Source of the DNA: Pristiophorus japonicus
Lineage: Eukaryota
Assembly: GCF_044704955.1 (NCBI RefSeq)
Contig: NC_091979.1
Span: 232,128,001-232,192,000, forward strand
Direction: 5' to 3'
DNA length: 64,000 bases
Positions within the stretch are counted from its first letter, which is position 1; each line of letters opens with the position of its first letter. A model generated the notes under the pieces. It did no database searches, had not been told where the DNA came from, and was given only the letters and a program-made list of their open reading frames with translations. The position numbers and the translations under genes are program-made. Shown here one piece after another: positions 25,670-36,684 of the stretch.

Positions 25670-27178
25670 CACCTCAGCTACCCAGAAAAGCTTAAAAAGC
25701 TGGGGCTGTGTACGTTCGAGAACTGTCGACTTCTGGGGACGATTTGAACACCGTCTATAAAATAGTGACAGACCGGATTGTGTCCCAGCGGGCAGATTAT
25801 CTCATCAGTAACTTTGGGCAGACCCAGAGGGCACATGTGTAAGTTACGCAAGAGGTGAACGAGGTTACGTGTTAAAATTGTTTTTCTTTTCCCAGGGAAT
25901 GGCGGACCTGTGGAACAAATTGCCAGCTCGCGCGGTGAACGCTGATTCGCTGAATTCCTTCAGATGAGACGTGTTCCTGGGTGGGCTGGACAACAGATCA
26001 TACGAGAGGTGGGTACCAAGTTAAAGGAGTCGTGGTCTCCTGGTCTCGCTTGGATCACGGGGAGTCGGAGAGCAATTTTCCAGATTGTTTTTTTCTGTCA
26101 CTGACCTTGGGTTTTATCCAACTTTTAAGCCTCTCCCAGGAGATTACATGGATCCAGGTGGGTAGGGCATGTCTCAATCATGAAGCATAAGGAAGTTATG
26201 CTAAATTTTATAAATCACTGGTTAGGCCCCAGCTGGAGTATTGTGTCCAATTCTGGACACCACATTTTAGGAAGGACGAGAAGGCCTTGGAGAGAGTGCA
26301 GAAAAGATTTACTTGAATGGAACCAGGGGTGAGAGACTTCAGTGACGTGGAGAGACTGGAGAAGCTGGGATTGTTCTCCCGAGAGCAGAGAAGTTTAAGG
26401 TGAGATTTCATAGAGGTGTTCAAAATCATGAAGGTTTTTAATAGAGTAAATAAGGAGAAACAGTTTCCAGTGGCAAGAGGGTTGGGAAGCAGAGGGCACA
26501 GATTTAAGATAATTGGCAAAAGAACCAGAGGGGGAAATAAGGAGACCTTTTATTATTCAGTGGGTTGTTGTGATCCGGAAGGCACTTGAAGGGGAGAGAG
26601 CAGGGGGAGTGGGGCTAATTGGACAGCTCTTTCAAAGAGCCGACACAGAATGCAAGATTCTATGAATGCATAGGATAGGTTAGATTGTCCAGCTGGTGTT
26701 TTTGTGTCCGGCATTTTCACATGTTGGTAGGAAGGCAGGTTAGCTCTATGCACAGCTTTGGTCTCCATAATTGAGGAAGGATATACTTGCCTTGGAGGCG
26801 GTGCAACGGAGGTTCACTTGATTGATTCCTGGGATGAGAGAGCTGTCTTATGATGAGAGATTGTGTAGAATGGGCCTATACTCTCTGGGGTTTAGAAGAA
26901 TGAGAGGTGATCTCATTGAAACATACAAGATTCTGAGGGGTATTGACAGGGTAGGTGCTGAGAGGTTGTTTCCCCTTGGCTGGAGAGTCCAGAACCAGGG
27001 CTCACAGTCTCAGGATAAGGGTTGTGAATCCTTGGAATTCTCTGCCCCAGAGGGCTGTGGAGGCTGAGTCTCCGAATATATTCAAGGCTGAGATCGATAG
27101 ATTTTTCAATTCTAGGGGAATCAAAGGATATGGGAATCGGACGGGAAAGTGGAGTTGAGGTAGAAGATCAGCCATGAG
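25670..27178 (+). mobile_element. Cluster of three CR1 3' fragments
   Basis: [11 protein letters not shown] and LGFRRMRGDLIETYK motifs, each with its own tail. Confidence 0.8.
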
Positions 27179-27182
27179 TGAC

Positions 27183-27415
27183 CATCATCATCATCATCAT
27201 CATAGGCAGCCTCTTGAAATCGAGGAAGACTTGCTTCCACTCTAAAAGTGAGTTCTCAGGTGGCTGAACAGTCCAATATGGGAATTACAGCCTCTGTCAC
27301 AGGTGGGACAGATAGTCGTTGAGGGAAAGGGTGGGTGGGACAGGTTTGCCACACGCTCCTTCCGTTGCCTGTGCTTGTTTTCTGCATGCTCTCGGCGACG
27401 AGACTCGAGGTGCTC
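27183..27415 (-). mobile_element. RTE-clade LINE 3' end with (GAT)n tail
   Basis: (cat)n run, then sequence homologous to 1-100. Confidence 0.75.
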
Positions 27416-28184
27416 TTACTCCCCTAAAATCTTGTGCTGCAAGGGCCCACTGCCTCGGCTTACCTTCCAGGCCAACCTTCCTGCTGCCAAGTCCCTCCAG
27501 CTGGACCCTCGCTTCCCGCTCCCCATCGGCCAACTCAGCTACTCCAACCAACCCCCGGCGATCTCAACGGCGGTGAGCCTCCGACTAGCTTCAAATACAG
27601 GTTTGGGCCCTACCTCACGCGCGAGCCTTCCCTCCGGCGGCGTTCAGGCCTCCACTCACTCCACCGGCGACCTCCTGGCCTTCACTGAGTGACCAGTGGC
27701 TCAGGGTTAGCATTCCCGCCTCTGAATTCGAAGGGGCGAGTTCAGGCCCCACTCCAGACTGCCCCGGTGAACGGAGACCCAGCTGTGAACACTGGGTTGG
27801 TGCCCAGTGGGGGTGTGAGTGATGGGTGTGTGTGTGGGTCTCCCCCCACCACCTTCCAGTATAAAGAGTAGGAGGGACCTTCAGGCTTGCTGGCAGCCCA
27901 CCTCGGAGAAGGTGCTCCTTCCCTGGCAAGTGGCGCAGGAATTTTGTGTGATACTTGGGTTGCAGTCGGACAGAGCGTGGTAATAGCACTGGGCTTCTCC
28001 GGGCAAATCGAGGACGAAACGTCTTGCCAGTATCTCCGATGGGCAGTAAATTAACAATTTGAAGGTAACGAGACAGAGTTGGTGCGATGTGAGTTCTCTA
28101 AACATAACATTCCGGATCCCTATCCACAATGAGGCAGCAGTGACTCTGTGGGTAAATGCAAAGACTGTCATGGTGCTGATTCGA

Positions 28185-28623
28185 ACCCATCACCCACTGT
28201 GCCTGCTGACCTACATTGGCTCCCAGTTAAGCAACGCCTCGATTTCAAACTTCTCATCCTTGTTTTCAAATCCCTCCATGGCCTCGCCCCTCCCTATCTC
28301 TGTATTCTCCTCCAGCCCCACACCCCCTTGAGATGTCTGCGCTCCTCTAATTCTGTCTTCCTGAGCATCCCTGATTATAATCACTCCACCATTGGTGGCC
28401 GTGCCTTCAGCTGCCTGGGCCCCAAGCTCTGGATCTCCCTGCCTAAAGCTCTCCGCCTCTCTACCTCTCCTCCTGTAAGATGCTCCTTAATACCTACCTC
28501 CAAGACCAAGCCTGCACTAATTTCTACATATGTGACTCAAATCTTTATTGCATAATACACCTGTGAAGTGCCATGGGTCGTTTCACTACGTTAAAGGGGC
28601 TATATAAATACAAGTTGTTGTTG
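28185..28623 (+). mobile_element. L2-like LINE 3' end
   Basis: ADLHWLPVKQRLDFKLLILVFKSLHGLAPPYL; (ttg)n tail. Confidence 0.85.
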
Positions 28624-29089
28624 ATGATCAGGATGATCAAACCTTCCCTTCCTGGCCTGTGTTGAGTCAGCAGTTGTCAGGTGAGGTGCTACCTGTTGTT
28701 CCCCGAGGTGAGAGAGAGGAGAATGAGCCAGGCTTCGTACTCCTGCTTACTATCCAGTAACTCGAACTCCTAACCAAAAGCATGTGTGTGGATTTGTGGG
28801 GAAGGAGAGATTTGGGCTGGTTGTGATGGCCTCTGCAGTTGAATAGCTGCCAATATTTACTATCTAGACCCACGGGTGAAGAAAGGGCTTTTGGGTGAGA
28901 TACCAGACAGCAGCCTTGTAGCACCACAGGGCCCCAGCTAAATTCAGCACTTTTGGGAGAAGAGGGGGTAATGGAGGTGTGCGGGGGGGGGCGGGGGATT
29001 TGAAATGTGTTATTTTGTGAAAGTGAAGTCCCGATCGTTGAACAGGTTGATTGGGAGCTCGCCCTGACTGAGAATTAGCCGAGCAGCAC

Positions 29090-29204
29090 ATGGAGCCACA
29101 GGGGATCGTGAAGGCATTTCGGAAGGTGAAACGTGCCCAGGACCTCCCGTTAGCCACAGGCGGAGAGCCCCAGAAGAAAGCAAAGCCAGAGAAAGCCAAT
29201 GCAG
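29090..29204 (+). CDS. POLL: POLL first coding exon
   Basis: MEPQGIVKAFRKVKRAQDLPLATGGEPQKKAKPEKANA(E)|gtagag, cf. human MDPRGILKAFPKRQK; 115 nt, phase 1. Probable acceptor aacag| at 29045. Confidence 0.9.
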
Positions 29205-30099
29205 GTAGAGCGAAACGTGACCTTCGCCCTTACGGTGCGGAGGTTGAAACCGACAGAAACTAACCATAGTCTGTAGATGATTAATGAAAGAAAGATGTGT
29301 ATTTGGTACAGATGATCTGGTCATTATAACATTGCCGCTTGTGGGAGCTTGCTGTGCGCAAATCGCGTTTCCTACATTACCATAGTGACTACACTTCATG
29401 GCATGCAAAAAGTACTTCATTGGCTGTAAAACACTTTGTGACGTTTTGAGGTTGTAAAAGCTGCTATATAGTCTTTATTTATGTAGCATCTTAACACGTC
29501 TTTCAGAAGGCACGTACCACGTAGGCAAGCGCAACAGTCATTTTGTGCATTGAAAGATCCCAAACAATGAGTATTGAGGTGTTTGGCCAGTTAATCTGTC
29601 TTTCGGTAGAGCTTAGTTGAGTGAGAAACATTGGCCAGGACATCAGGAGAACTGCCTGCCGTTTTGCGATGTTAATATCCACTTGGCCCATCCAAACAAG
29701 GCCCTGGTTTAACATCTAAACTGAAGATCGGCACCTCCAACAATGCAGCACCCCCTCAGCGCTGCAATGGAGTATCAGAACTCAGTTAGCTGCTGGGATT
29801 GGATCACCCTCGCAGCGGGAGAGTGGAGCGCTGGAGTTTTGCATCTTGGTCCAAGATTTGATTCTCCCTCTCCCTCTCTTGCCAAAGCTCTACCCCCCCC
29901 CCCACCCCCCGCCCCGCCAGACATCACTCGCCGGGCAAGAAAGTGGGCATCCGAACTGCTGCTAAATCTTTGTTCAGTAACACTCACTACTGTTGGGAAC
30001 ATGCAGAAACAGTATTGTGGATGATGCGATCTGCACAAGCCTGCTGCAAAACAGTCCCAAATTCTACATCATGGCAAAGAAATAACAATCGAATATTAT

Positions 30100-30576
30100 G
30101 GGCTGGATTTCCCGGTGATGGTCACCCGGAGTGGCGGCAGTGGTGGCGGTGAGGTTTTCTGGGCGGGCAATCAGCTATTAGCCTCCGCCCCCCCCCCCCC
30201 ACCCCGGGGTTTTTGGAGCCGGTTTTACGGGGGCAGGGAGCAGTACCATATGCCCCGCAGCGCGCCCTGCTGTGACCGCCTGGGAAAACAGTGGGCAGTC
30301 CAACCTACACCGACAGCAGAGAGGTAAGTAATGCCGTCCTAAGGTAAGCGTGATTGTTTGTTTTTTCTTTTCTTTTTTTTCTCCCTTGGCCGCTCTTTAG
30401 CTGGGGATTTTCCCTTGCTCAGCCTGCCTAGCACCCTGAGAGAGGTGTACAACGCCTCCCTTAGCACCCCGCCCCACACTCAGGGCCCAGCTGCCCAATT
30501 TTGCTGACTGAGGCGCAAACTGTTCCCAGGCACAAACTTTACCGCCCCGAAATCAGCAAAGCTGAAAATCCATCCC
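30100..30576. mobile_element. Harbinger-like MITE (same family as 1104-1692)
   Basis: GGGCTGGATTT...AAAATCCATCCC termini and a shared 3' body. Confidence 0.72.
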
Positions 30577-31123
30577 TTGGGGGTTACAGGGTTTCATGCG
30601 CCTATTAAATCGCAGGTCTGCCCTCGTGTTGCTGCTGGTGAGCCAGAGCAATGTTTCTGATCCCTGACTCTGTTGGCGTAGAAACTCACAGCACAGGAGG
30701 AGGCCGTTCGGCCTCTGGTGCCTGTGCCGGCTCTGAAAGAGCTGTCCAGTTTAGTCCCATACCCCAGCTTTTCCTGCATAACCCTGCAAATGAGTTATCT
30801 TCAAACACATGTCCAATTGTCCTTTGAAAGTTCCAGTGGAATCTGATTCCACCACCCTTTCAGATCGTGCGTTCCAGATTATAACATCCCTCTTTTGCCA
30901 ATTATTTCAAATCTGAGACCTCTGGTTACTGGCCCGCTTGCTTGTCGTGTAGGTTCCTCCCCCTCCGCCCCCCCCTTTCACATTCAACTTAGCCTCCTTC
31001 GTGCCAAGCACAGCCAAGGACTGCTGCTCTCGGCTCCCTTCAAGGTTCAGAAGCACATCCCAGCGCTCCATGGCATTGGCATTTATTTAAAATTCTCCTC
31101 CTTCCTTTCTCCCATTTCTGCAG

Positions 31124-31611
31124 AGCCCTGGCTGAGTGGAGTGACGGCATACATCGTCCCGGCCGGGATTGGAAAGGCCAGGACTGAGATCTTTCACAAG
31201 CAGATTGTGCAGAATGGCGGGGGGGTCAGCCTGGCTTTCTCCCCCGCCGTTACCCACGTGATCGTCGCCGATGGGATGGACTGCGACCGTGCCTTTCGCC
31301 TGCTGAAGCTGGAGAAGCTGCCTCCCAAGGTCCAGCTGCTACAGTCGGCCTGGCTCAGTTTATGCATCTCGGAGAGGAGAGTTCTGAGCACCGCGGGCTA
31401 CAGCGTCTTCGTCCTGGACAGGTACCTGCAGCCTGAGCAGCGGGTTAATGCTCAGGGGTCGGGGGGCGAGGGTCAGCAAGGCAACAGCCAATCGGGGACA
31501 CAGTCGAAGGCCGTTTTAAACTGTACAAAGGCAGAGGAGCATTTCGCTGAGCAGCCAGGAGAGAGCAAGGCTGAGGAAAACAGTGGAGCAGCACGAGCCT
31601 CTACAGCAAAG
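31124..31611 (+). CDS. POLL: POLL exon: BRCT domain + linker
   Basis: ttctgcag|(E)PWLSGVTAYIVPAGIGKARTEIFHKQIVQNGG...VTHVIV...LLQSAWLSLCISERR...ASTAK|gtggag; 488 nt. Confidence 0.9.
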
Positions 31612-31619
31612 GTGGAGTA

Positions 31620-31960
31620 ACCTCCCCCCGCTATCTCTGTAACCCCCTTCAGCTCCTCTGCGATCTCTGCGCGGGTCCTCCAATTACGGCCTCTTGCGCA
31701 TCCCCGACTTCCTTCGCTCCTCCATTGGTGGCTGTGCCTTCAGCTGCCTGGGCCCCAAGCTCTGGAATTCCCTCCCTAAACCTCTCCGTCCTCCTTTAAG
31801 ACACTCCTCAAAACCTCCCCCTTTGACCAATCTTTTGGTCACCTGTCCTAATATTTCCAGATGTGCCTCAGGGTCAACTTTTGCCTGATGCTCCTGTGAA
31901 GCGCCTTGGGACATTTTACTATGTTAAAGGCGCTGTATAAATGCAAGTTGTTGTTGTTTT
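31620..31960 (+). mobile_element. L2-like LINE 3' end
   Basis: IGGCAFSCLGPKLWNSLP; (ttg)n tail. Confidence 0.8.
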
Positions 31961-32802
31961 CTATTTGCACTCTCACCGCCCCTGCGTGCCCTCCGCTCCC
32001 CCCCGCCTGCCCCCCGGCCCCAAGGTATCACAGGGCACTGGACCTGAAATATATCGTGTTGGCATGAAACCACAGTGCCCCGGAAGTGTGTTTGCTTTCC
32101 AATTTATTTGTGTGGCCTTTCCTGCTCTTTTGTCCTGAGGGACTGACTGGCTCTTGTTGTGCGATTCGATGGGCTCTCACAGGCCTCTGGCTCCGAGCCC
32201 AATGTCAACATACTCAGATTTTCCAACAGGAGCCATTGGAGAGCCTTCCAGAGTGGGAGTCAGAGCTCCAAAGTTGGAGCCCTGGCTGATTCCCGACCAC
32301 TCCCCCCGCCCCAAACTATGGCCTGGCTGTGACCAGCTAACTCGGCCGCGATCAGGGATTGAACCGGGGACATTGGGGCTGTATCACTCAGCGATACCCA
32401 GTGGGCGCCGGGCGGAACGATTACTCCAGCTGGAGGCCCTCATTTGAATGTGATGGGCAAGCTGCCACCGCTCAACTAAAACCCAGGGCCGCTCCGCAGA
32501 GGCGAGCGGAGGTCGACTCTTGTACTCTTGTGGTGGTGGGGAGGCGACCCGGTTTTGGGGGGGGAGTGGGGGCGAGGGCACCTGCTGCTGTCTCTCCAGA
32601 GAGTTCCCAGTGGAACTCAACAATCCTACGATCAGCGTAGGACCCTGATATGTTGTTAAGGTTTCCGCTGTTCTCAGGTGGAAGTGTTGACTGACCATTT
32701 CAAGCCTTGTTCGAAAATTCAGTTTTCTAAAAAGAATTCTCCTGCCAAACGCCCCTTTTTTCTGTGCCAATGAGACGATAAGCTCCCCCAATGTGGGACA
32801 TA

Positions 32803-33040
32803 GTGTCAGCCGTGGCTCAGTGGACAGCACTCTCACCTCTGAGTCAGAAGGTCGTGGGTTCGAGTCCCACTCCAGAGAGCACATAAATCTAGGCTGACAC
32901 TCTCAGTGCAGTGCTGAGGAAATGCTGTACTATCAGAGGGGCAGTACTGAGAGACTGCCACACTATCAGAGGGACAGTACTGAGGTAGCGCTGCACTGTC
33001 GGAGGGGCAGTACTGAGGGAGTGCTGCACCTTCGGAGGGG
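32803..33040 (+). mobile_element. Deu-type SINE head with short 33-bp tandem
   Basis: A box TGGCTCAGTGG and B box GGTTCGAGTCC. Confidence 0.75.
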
Positions 33041-33124
33041 CGGGCTTATACATTTACCAACTGAACTAAAGGGGCGAAGTGGGATCCAGCTATATCTAAA
33101 TGTGATGTATTGGTGATTTATTCT

Positions 33125-33645
33125 ACCCTACGTAAACTAGAGATGATCCAAAACTCGGCTGCCCGTGTCCTAAATTGCACTAAGTCCCACTCATCATCAC
33201 CCTCTGTGCTCGCTGACCTACATTGGCTCCCAGTTAGGCAACGCATCGATTTCAAAATTCTCATCCTTGTTTTCAAATCCCTCCATGGCCTTGTCCCTCC
33301 CTATCTCTGTAATCTCCTCCAGCCCCACAACCCCCCGAGATGTCTGCGCTCCTCTAATTCTGCCCTCTTGAGCATCCCTGATTATAATCACTCAACCATT
33401 GGTGGCCGTGCCTTCTGTCGCCTAGGCCCCAAACTCTCGAACTCCCTGCCTAAACCTCTCTACCTCTCTTTCCTCCTTTAAGACACTCCTTAAAACATTC
33501 CTCTTTTACCAAGCTTTTGGTCACCTGCACTAATTTCTACTTATGCAGCTCGGTGTCAAATTTATATCGCATAACACTCCTATGAGGCGTCTTGTGACGT
33601 TTCACTACGTTAAAGGCGCAATATAAATACAAGTTGTTGTTGTTA
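33125..33645 (+). mobile_element. L2-like LINE 3' end abutting a POLL acceptor
   Basis: KLEMIQNSAARVL...LHWLPVRQRIDFK; tail aatacaagttgttgttgtt. Confidence 0.88.
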
Positions 33646-33648
33646 CAG

Positions 33649-33972
33649 CAAGTGTCTCCCCAGTTATCGGAAGACGAAGGTGGCAGTGACCCTGAAGACG
33701 ATGGGGTTTCCGAGCGAGACCTGCGAACGCTGATCTCAGGGAGCAGACATTCGGCCGGTGAGCCTGGCCCCAGCGAACCCATCATCAGCGGCAGGTGGGT
33801 GTGCGCGCAGTCGTCCGAGAGCAAGAAGCAAAACCACAACAAGCCCGTCACAGACAAGCTGGAGGTGCTGGCGACTGCGTACACGCATCAAGGCGACAAG
33901 TGGAGGGCGCTGGGATACACCAAGGCCATCAATGCCCTGAAGAATTACCAGAAGCCAGTGTCCTCGTATGAG
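33649..33972 (+). CDS. POLL: POLL exon: linker + start of the 8-kDa lyase domain (alternative in-frame acceptor at 33664)
   Basis: [11 protein letters not shown]...[59 protein letters not shown]|gtaaaa. Confidence 0.92.
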
Positions 33973-33987
33973 GTAAAATCTCCATGC

Positions 33988-34859
33988 TGCAATGTATGCA
34001 CCTGTGAGTATGCTCACAGGTTTGTAGAGCTGGTGGACATCCGAACCAGGGTGTCCCTGGAGATGGAGCATGCGGTGTCCACCGGTGCGCTCGTGGCCTT
34101 CCGCGAGAGGTGGGCACCGGAGGGACTGGAGTGCATTGTTACCCCCGGCAACCAAATTTTAATTTGATTTTATTTGTTTTAAAGTTTAATTTGTTTTAAT
34201 TGCCGGGTTTTAGTGTCCCCCTCCCCTTTTATAGGGGGCACTTGTAAATTATATGATTTTAATGCCCCCCCAAAAAAATCACAAAAAACCCCCCCCCAAA
34301 AAAAAGAGGGCAGTTAAAAGTGTCTGGAGTGTCCCCCAGATCGGGGGGTGCTTGATTTAATGTTTAATTTTGTTTACACTAAAAGAGTTGTAGAGCTGGT
34401 GGACATCTGAGCCAGGGTGTCCCTGGAGATGGAGCACGCGGTGTCCACCGGTCCGCTCGCGGCCTTCCGCGAGAGGTGGGCGCCGGAGGGACTGGAGTGC
34501 ATCATTTCAACAGGGAACAACATTTTTATTTAATTTGATTTGTCAAGGTTCCCTTTAATGTTAATTTGTGGGTTTTTTGTGTCCTTACAAAAGGGGCCAA
34601 TGATATTAATGTTCTACCCAAAATAGTTGTAAAGTTGGGTGTGGCTTAGCCAGTCACATGATGTTCACAAGACTCAATAAAACCCCAGCCAGTTGGGTTC
34701 GGGGGATCCACGATGAGGCAGGTGGTTGTGAGCCTGGTGGATGAACTGGTAATGTGTCGTGTGATTGTTAAACCTTTTGCTAATAAACCAACTAGTTCTT
34801 AATAGCAATGTGTTGCTATGAATTCTTAAGCAAATATCTCATAAAACTAATACATTACA
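33988..34859 (+). mobile_element. Solo LTR-like element (TG...CA) interrupted by two Tx1-type LINE 3' ends (~34022-34387, ~34388-34627)
   Basis: Termini tgcaatgtat / atacattaca (9/10 inverted) and internal AATAAA motifs; inserts read (R)[27 protein letters not shown]. No clear TSD. Confidence 0.7.
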
Positions 34860-35137
34860 AGTGGGAATCAACCCAGCAGACCGAGTTCACTTTGGTTCCT
34901 AGAGCCTGGGTCAGACCTATCCGTGTTGACTGTGTACCACATCCATCTCCTGGATCGAAACTCCCTCTAAAATGTTCATTGCAGACGAGGAACATGCTTT
35001 TCCTGTCCCTCTCTCTCTCTGTCATTATTCTTGTCACTGCTTCTGTGACCGTGTACCTGCCTGGGGCCCGGGGCCCGGGGCACGGAATCAGTGTGACTGA
35101 TATTCCCTCCCCTCCTCCCCACCAGACCTAGACCCGT

Positions 35138-35358
35138 GGGACGGTGTCTGCCTCCACTCCCCCTTTCCCAGGACAGTGTGGGTGAGCTTGGGACGGTGTC
35201 TGCCTCCACTCCCCCTTTCCCAGGACAGTGTGGGTGAGCTTGGGACGGTGTCTGCCTCCACTCCCCCTTTCCCAGGACAGTGTGGGTGAGCTTGGGACGG
35301 TATCCTCCTCCACTCCCCCTTTCCCAGGACAGTGTGGGCGAGCTTGGGACGGTGTCTG
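35138..35358. repeat. 52-bp minisatellite x4.3
   Basis: gggacgg unit starts at 35138, 35190, 35242, 35294 and 35346. Confidence 0.93.
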
Positions 35359-35454
35359 AACCACGTCTTTCAGTCAGTCAAGAGTCTCAACGTTCTCCGT
35401 CACCAGGCCCCTTTCCTTTCCTCTCAACTGCAGCCTTTCAGCCGAATACTGCCA

Positions 35455-36090
35455 GTCATACAGCACAGGAGGAGGCCATTCAGTCCTTTGTGGCTGTGCT
35501 GGCTCTTTGAAAGGTCCATCCAATTAATCCCACTCCCCCCTGCTCTTTCCCCACAGCCTTATAAATTTTTCCTTTTCAAGTATTTATCCAATTCCCTTTT
35601 AAACGTTACTGTTGAATCTGCTCCCACCGCCCTTTCAGGCAGCGCGTTCCAGATCACAACAACTCGCTGCGTAAAAAAATGTCTCTTCATCCTCCCCCCT
35701 CCTCCCGCCCTGCGCCTGGTTCTCTTGCTAATTATCTGTGTCCTCTGGTTATCAACCCACCTGCCAGTGGAAACAGTTTCTCCCCATTTACTCTTATCAA
35801 GATCCCTCATAATTTATTAAATCTCCGCTTAACCTTTTCTGCTCTAAGGAGAACAACCCCAGCTTCTCCAGTCTATCCACATAACTGAAGTCTCTCAACC
35901 CTGGTGCCATTCTAGTAAATCTCTTCTGCACTCTCTCCAAGGCCTTCACATCCTTCATAAAGTGCGGTGCCCAGAATTGGGCGCAATACACCAGCCACGG
36001 CCTAACCAGTGATTTATAAAGGGTTAGCATAGCTTCCTTGTTTTCGTACTCCATGCCTCTATTTTTAAAGCCATGGTTCCTGTATGCTTT
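35455..36090 (-). mobile_element. CR1 3' fragment
   Basis: LVRPWLVYCAQFWAP...WNALPERAV. Confidence 0.85.
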
Positions 36091-36362
36091 TTTAAAAATT
36101 TGTTCTCGGGATGTGAGCATCGCTGGCAAGGTCGGCATTTATTGCCCATCCCTAATCGTCCTTGAGAAGGTGGTGGTTAGCCGCCTTGAACTGCGTGGTG
36201 AAAGTGCTCCCACAGTGCTGTTGGGGAGGGAGGTCCAGGATTTTGACCCAAATAGGGAGAAACTGTTTTAACAGCCTTATAAACTTGTCCTGACACCTTC
36301 CGAGAGATTTGTGTGTGTGTGAAGTTGTTTCTGAGCAGGTTTTCCCTCTGCCCCCCCCGTAG

Positions 36363-36536
36363 GAAGCCTGTAAAATCCCTGGCGTGGGAAAAAGGATAGC
36401 GGAGAAGATCAGAGAGATACTGGAGAGCGGGCACCTGTGCAAGCTGGATTACATCGGCGAGAGCGTCCCCGTGCTGGAGACCTTCTCCAACATCTGGGGA
36501 GCTGGGGTGAAGACAGCCCAGCTGTGGTACCAACAG
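36363..36536 (+). CDS. POLL: POLL exon: lyase HhH / fingers
   Basis: ccgtag|[58 protein letters not shown]|gtgtgc; 174 nt; the dRP-lyase Lys (K312 equivalent) is present. Confidence 0.96.
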
Positions 36537-36684
36537 GTGTGCAGTGTTTAATATTCGATCGGTGTACAGTGCTTGCCATCGTGGTCTCCTGCACCAGGCT
36601 TTGCCAGCAGCCATACCGCCGTCTGTTGAAAGCCAGCTCCATGGTGCAGTGCCTTATACCCAAAGAAAGCCTGGCATTTATATA

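Noticed and set aside
32803-32880. tRNA gene
   Set aside because: A/B boxes are present, but the sequence continues into a SINE body; it is a SINE head.
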